Of a DNA stretch of 64,000 nt, positions 58,100 to 64,000 are shown piece after piece. Origin of the DNA: Anthoceros angustus. Its lineage: Eukaryota > Plantae > Anthocerotophyta. The stretch is taken from the NCBI GenBank assembly GCA_010909165.1, contig VJWM01000011.1, positions 868,001 through 932,000 on the forward strand, written 5' to 3'. The notes below the pieces were generated by a model that worked only from the letters and a program-made list of their open reading frames with translations, did no database searches and was not told the DNA's origin. Numbering within the stretch: position 1 is the first letter of the stretch; each line of letters opens with the position of its first letter. Position numbers and translations under genes: made by a program.

Positions 58100-59470
58100 T
58101 TGGATAAGCTAGATGTGCAGGGAGTTGAGGTGAGCGTGGAAGGCCTGGCTCATATCTCCGCAGCCTTGCGAGACAACAACAGTGGCTCATTTCTCCGCAA
58201 GTTGTGCCTCGATCGCACCTACATAGAGAATGCTGCAGGGGCGGGGCACGTAGCCGGCATCCTCACCCACTCGCCTGTGCTGCGAACCTTGGGGTTGTCC
58301 GGGATAGGAATGGATGATGCGAGCGCCGCGGTGATTGCCAACGCTGTGGCCCGCAGCACCACACTAACAAGGCTCGCCATCGGGTATGACCGGCATGCGC
58401 AGGAGAACCTTGAGCAGGCAGCCAGGTTGATTCCTCTCTTGACAGCCTCCTCCAGCTCGGACGCGGAGCCCAGACTATTCAACCAATCCATCACCAATCT
58501 CTGGCTCTGGCTCTAGCTCGAGGTAACCGGGGTGCCAGGAGGAGGCAAGGATAGCGCTGCGGAGGCTGTGCTCGCGGAAGCCATGGCTGTAATGCTTTGC
58601 TCCAACACCACTTTGAAGGTTCTGAATATACATATCCAGCTTTCTTGTGACCCTCGGCTTGTCCGCACTGCCTCACATCAGCAGCATCCTTGGCACTTCA
58701 ATTGCACCACCACCATTCCCTGGATGAGGAGGAGCTGGATCCTGCGCTGCTGCAAATCCTGCACAGGTGCGCGAACCTGGATATGCTGGGACTCCAGTTC
58801 ATGAAACCCTACGGGAGCAAGTCCATCAAGGAGCTGTTCACGCACAACAACCCTAGCATCGAGGTGCTGGCGTTGGATGGTTGGGATGGCCTGGACGACC
58901 ACATGTTGGAGGACCTAGTTCGATCTCTTTCCACCACCTCTCCGGCGTTGGCACTCTTATCGAGCTTGCAACACAACCCTGTGCTGCAGCAGCTGGGTTG
59001 GAGTGGCTACATGGGCTTTGCGACGACACCAGCTTGCGTGCAGGCACTGTCGGCCGCCATCCACAAATCTTCTCTCTCATTAGTGTACCTGCGTTTTCAG
59101 GGTGTGGGATTGTGTGCACAAGGGCTGGGTGACATCGTTCCACCCCTTGGACGCAACGGCACCGTAGTCCTGTGCAAATTTGCTCTAGATCCGAGTGGGA
59201 ACGATCACGCCGGATCACAATCGTCCTCCGGATCCTGCATTCCATCGCTCAATCACACAGCTTTTTCTTGAGTGTCCGGGAGGCCAGCAGGCCGTGGAGC
59301 CGGGGTTGGGAGAAGCCCTGGCTCGCGTGCTTCGATCCAACCGTGCTCTGGATCAGCTCTCAATTGACAGATTCTTCGTCACGCGGATTGTGGGAACTGG
59401 CTTTGTGCAGCTGAAGCTTCTTCAGGATGACACTTACCTGTACCTGGAATCGTTTGTGCTGAATTTTACA
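58100..59470 (+). pseudogene. Diverged, internally deleted LRR modules of the same TRN1-like family
   Basis: VEGLAHISAALRDN...GAGHVAGILTHSPVLRTLGLSGIGMDD, LALDGWDGLDDHMLEDLVRSLST and ECPGGQQAVEPGLGEALARVLRSNRAL. No Roc or COR follows. Confidence 0.8.
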
Positions 59471-59639
59471 ACCTGTTGTCAGAGCTTGATCGAGGTTGAA
59501 GGCCGAGATCAATCACCTCGAAGGAAGAGCGAAACCCTGACACGATCCCAGCGTGCTCCGAGAGCGAGAGCAAGTTGCGGAACTGTGTAAAGCATGATTG
59601 TGGCCAATACCACAGAACTCGGTTAGCACCCTGGCGCCA

Positions 59640-61436
59640 CCAGCCGGTAAGGGTAATGTGCTTGATGAAAGTTTTTGGTGCTGTCCGCTGACGCTTCTTG
59701 TCCTTCGTGTTCGACGATGGACGAGAAGCTAATTCCCAAAACTGGATTATGGTGGCTTTGACATGCGGCGAAAGAATGTCAGATCTTGGTTTCCTCCCGG
59801 CACCCAACCAAGTTTTCTCACTTGGAATATGCGCTTCCTGCCTTGTGCCCAGGGCTCGATGGATCTGCTTCCTACTCACATTGGTCAGGGCTCGATGGAT
59901 CTGCTTCCTACTCACACCAATGTGCCGCGAAAGCGTTGAAACCAGGTGGTTGCCTTGGATATCCTCTACCAAGATGACGTTAAATAGGGTGTTCCTCGCT
60001 CGCAGATGGTCGCCAACTTGAACTGCCTTCATGCTTGTGCAAGCCTCACGCACATTGTTCAGCAACAATGCTCCCAACTGGTGCTCTTTTGCTTTCTTTG
60101 CAGCTGCTGGCTGGTACATCTTCAGCAATGGAACGCAGCTGAACATCTCCAGAATGTCTTTCCGGCACTGGCCTGTATATGAACTTGTAAGGTCAAGGAA
60201 TTGGTGGGCTAAGTTGCGACCCACATCCTGCTTCCGACGCACAGAGCATTCTCGAATATCAAAATTTGCAGCAAGAGCCCGCTGACGCTCTCTATGCCTC
60301 TGCACTCTGACACTTGACGTCTTCACACCTGCATTTTGTGGCATGACTGGAGCGGCAGGTACACCTGCCCTCTGTTCATTTTGTGCTGCTTGAGGCTCCT
60401 CCACTGATCTCTGCTCCTGTGGCATTTGCAGATGGATTGCTACTCTCCTCCCTTGGGACTCCAGAGAACTTGCTTCAGTGCGAGCTGCTTCTGTTTGTAG
60501 GGCAAGTGCTTGCCGTTCTCGCTGACGCCGTTTATTCGCGGCCCAACGACTGGGATGATGGTGACCGAGCCATATGAACCTTCAAAACCACTGAAACCTC
60601 CACATACGGTAACAAGGTCAGGTCGCCCCAAATAAAGAGCAGCAAAAAGAACAGCCCTTTACCGGCACTCACAGATACAGTGTGGAAGTACCGGGCTCCC
60701 AACACTGCTAGCAGCACATGCAGCCCACGTCCGGCTGGAATCCTCCTGCGCTCTCAATTGACCTCACCACTGCAACGCCTGCACACAAAAAAGCAACCAC
60801 ACCATCATTTGACTACCAGTGCAGGCTGCAGCCTAGGAGTAGGACCAGCCCAGCGCCAGACTGGCAGAAGCATTAGCGGCAGCAATGGAAGGCACTATGC
60901 AAACCCTCACTCTGTGCTCTATCCTCGAGAGAAAAGAAGCCCTTGAATGCGGTGCCTATCTCATATGCCTCGAATGCCTATTTTGCTGGATGTTGGGCTC
61001 CTCACTTTCGTGGCATCACGAACCAAGTCCACTTCGTCAAGGCAGGCGGTGTGCCGCGAGAATTTGGATCATTGAATTAAACGGTGCTGACCCCGTTACC
61101 CATGTTAAAAGTCCAAAAAAACTGTTTTGAACTTGAGCGCGGGCAAGCCGGTTCCCCAAGTTCATAAAACCAGCGTGACAAATGGTTGCTTAGTGAAACA
61201 ATGCCCGTCCCCAAAAGTTACCAAATTCATAACTTAATTTCTTAATATTTTAATGATTATTTTAAATCTAAAATTTAACCTTAGATGAAAATAATCTATT
61301 TCTGTAACCTGTAAAAAAATCATATAGTATGGACAAGAAATAAATTAGGTAAATTATTAACGTGATGTGATGACAAAATAACAACGTTTCAGCCGTTTCT
61401 CACTAATGTGTGCACCAAACTGTGCTTGCACCCGTA
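59640..61436 (-). mobile_element. Truncated putative DNA transposon (N-terminal transposase-like ORF; possible terminus at 61436)
   Basis: ORF 59466-60425 has an HTH-like LSRHIGVSRKQIHRAL and RKPRSDILS...IIQFWELASRPSSNTKD, a pattern recalled from uncharacterised eukaryotic DNA transposases. The minus-strand end reads TATA-CGGGTGCAAGC. The superfamily cannot be determined. Confidence 0.5.
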
Positions 61437-61438
61437 TA

Positions 61439-61452
61439 CACTACTAGAAAAA
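61439..61452 (+). mobile_element. Possible CACTA (En/Spm) terminal inverted repeat
   Basis: CACTACTAGAAAAA is close to the CACTACAAGAAAA TIR consensus. No matching right end was found in the window. Confidence 0.4.
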
Positions 61453-61741
61453 GGGGAGAGGGCGGGGCAATGTAACATAATTTTGTAACACTTTGCACAC
61501 ATAATGCTACATTAACAAAGGAGCACCTTTATTGCAATGCTTGCCAAAAAGTATCACAAAATTTTGTTTGGTGTCTGGCCCAAGCACGTAGGTGTTATAA
61601 AAGTGTTACACTTGAGCTCCGAGTGTTATAAGACTGTTATAACGCTGACATGGGTTGAGGGTCCGGGTGTTACATGCATGTTACATGTGGCCGAATGGGT
61701 TATGGTCTCATCACGTTGTCATCCCAATAATTTTGATTTAG

Positions 61742-61889
61742 CTTTTTCTTTAATGACAAGTTCAACATCACATGTCCCTTTTTAGCCACTAAGAGTTACC
61801 TTCAAGATATCACGCTTTTTCTTTAATGACAAGTTCAACATCACATGTCCCTTTTTAGCCACTAAGAGTTACCTTCAAGATATCACGCT
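61742..61889. repeat. Perfect ~74-bp tandem duplication
   Basis: CTTTTTCTTTAATGACAAGTTCAACATCACATGTCCC...GATATCACG occurs twice. Confidence 0.9.
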
Positions 61890-63003
61890 TGGCCGCAATG
61901 ATGGCCGTCGTGCAGGCAGTAGGTGTGTAGGGTAGCCCCAAAGACATGGGACTATGTTTTTGGGATTGCCCTTCACACCAGCTGCCCGCTCGACGGCCAT
62001 CCACCGACATGGCTGCGGCAAAAATGATCGCAGCGTGGCCACTCTCCTTGGCGTGGGAAGCCGGAAAATGTGCCCGCCTCGCTTGCACATGGGTATCCAT
62101 AACATGCTATACCTGTGTAGATTCATTATGTATACTATTTGCCAATATATACGGTATGCTGGAAAGTGTATGTACCCGCAATATTTGGTATGTATATATA
62201 TATATTTACGCTGATAGGATACCTCAGATATTATACATGGCGTCCCTTTCGTGTATTTCATGTGATGTCTTCTGTCATCTACGGTGTTCGGGTAGCAATT
62301 TCGGCCATGTCTAACGTCTAAGTAGAATCCTCTTCAAAACGATAACTGGACAAACAATAGCAATGTGCTTTGGAGTCCGCTCAAAATGAGACCAGCACGC
62401 TTAGCAATTCATGCACGTTCAGTTCTGTGTGTACTGTTTTGATCAAAGTCGTACTACGCACAAAGCCTCATACAGGCCAAGACTGCAACAGCTCTATTGA
62501 AGCCTACCACCTTCATCTCAAGGTGAGACCTTCGCTCACGAAATAGCTTTTACGAGCTAGGCATGTGGACTAGTTTTTGCATGTGCTAGTGGATAAAGTA
62601 GATCTCCGCTTTTGGTACTAGCAGCAGTGTAAGCTGACACATGAGTTTGTTTGGAATAGCAAACTTGAATGCACGGTGGAGCAAGTGGTGGCTAAGGCTT
62701 TGGAAATCCCAGACATGTATGTGGCTCTAGATCTCCCAATTGCAACAGATAGAAATGCTTATATTCTTGCAACAGAATAATCAGAGATGCGTTTGTGTTG
62801 TTTCTAACATCGACAGCAGCTGGGCATCTTGTATATGACTTTGGGCAGCCCAAGGGCATACATGCAAGCACCAAGTGAAGTTGCTTATGTTACTTCAAAC
62901 GCTTGTTCTGATGCTTTTACTCGTGCAAGAGCTGATGCATATATAGTAAGTCTCATGAGCAGATACAAGATAAAGGAACACTTTAACTTTTGCAGCAAGA
63001 GGT

Positions 63004-63117
63004 ATGCCACAATCTGGCTGGTCAGGATACAATCATGAATAGAGTGGTGTTATTGAAGCGGGATGCCACAATCTGGTTGGTCAGGATACAATCATGAATA
63101 GAGTGGTGTTATTGAAG
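63004..63117. repeat. ~59-bp tandem duplication
   Basis: ATGCCACAATCTGG(C/T)TGGTCAGGATACAATCATGAATAGAGTGGTGTTATTGAAG occurs twice. Confidence 0.9.
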
Positions 63118-64000
63118 AAGTTGTTGAGAACACGAGTTTGGATGTTTCTGGTGAACAAGCTATAACTCAATTGACTCATAGTTTGGATAGGTTGCAATCC
63201 CTTGTTTGGACATGCTGCACTTTCCCTTGTTTGCGTATTGTGTGCGCTTTCCCTTATGTGTTTTCCCTTGTGTGCGGATTGATAAGTTGATGGAGCAGAA
63301 ACCCTAAAGCCCCAAATGATAGCCGTTGAGTAGGACATTACCTTTGAGCACTATGAAAGGTAAAGAGGAACCAACTGCCGGAGAGTTGGTAGCCACGAAA
63401 GAAGAGCAGGCTGCCGGCCGCATGGCACCTCAGGGTATGCAGCTACACACGAAATATTGTGAGCAGGCGCTTTGATTTCCCGATGAGGTTTAGGCGATGG
63501 GGTACATAATAGGTCTGCACAAGGCAAACTAGCCGTAATCACTCTAACTTTTATTCGAGTACATAATGTGATTCATGAAATAAAAAAGAGAGCAGGAACC
63601 TCACAATGCAAAGTCACTCCACGAGTCTACACAACACTACCTGTGGCCGATTAAACTCTATTTTTCTATATTTTTTTAATTGATCAGGACCAGCCTTTTT
63701 ATTCCACATATTGAGAGAATTGTATGCCACAAATACCTCTAGCAACAAAGAGATCACCATGTTACTGTGAGCAGGGCACCCGTTGGAGGAAAGCCCCTGA
63801 CTTCATATCTCAAGCTCCTTATCGTATGAGAGCAGTATGGGATGCTTATCCTGTTTGGCTTCCGATTCAGCTCCTTTTCCTAGAGGGACTACATATTTAT
63901 CCCTTTCATTTCATTTGTGGGCCGTAGAGATTGCTTATGACTTAAACCATCGTCTCATAAGCATCATAACTAGAGATGGCAGATCTTGAAGAGCAAGGCA

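Noticed and set aside
62400-63930. Short ORFs as a CACTA transposase
   Set aside because: No recognisable Tnp2/TnpA motifs. Too degenerate to call.

Overview
Eukaryotic, intron-containing genomic DNA from a land plant. A non-seed lineage such as a hornwort, other bryophyte or lycophyte is inferred from the compact short-intron genes, PLS-class PPRs and an EFCAB11-like gene. Many frameshifts are single-base losses in homopolymer runs, which suggests an incompletely polished long-read assembly. The left half is fairly ordinary: an ANTH/PICALM clathrin-assembly gene, an EF-hand gene, a satellite, CRE-type non-LTR retrotransposon fragments, a small plant-family gene, a GMI1-like GHKL-ATPase/SMC-hinge gene and an F-box/LRR gene. 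The right half (about 36.5-59.5 kb) is a rapidly rearranging cluster built around a giant TORNADO1-like ROCO gene (about 39.3-51.8 kb). That gene has five near-identical ~1.3-kb LRR modules whose differences cluster at solvent-exposed positions, a sixth diverged module, a Roc GTPase and a tandemly duplicated COR. It ends in a complete animal-type caspase domain (p20+p10, His/Cys dyad, both Asp-pocket arginines), not a metacaspase. This LRR-Roc-COR-caspase architecture looks like a self-contained immune or cell-death receptor and is the main finding. It is flanked by decayed PPR genes, truncated paralogues and DNA-transposon remnants.
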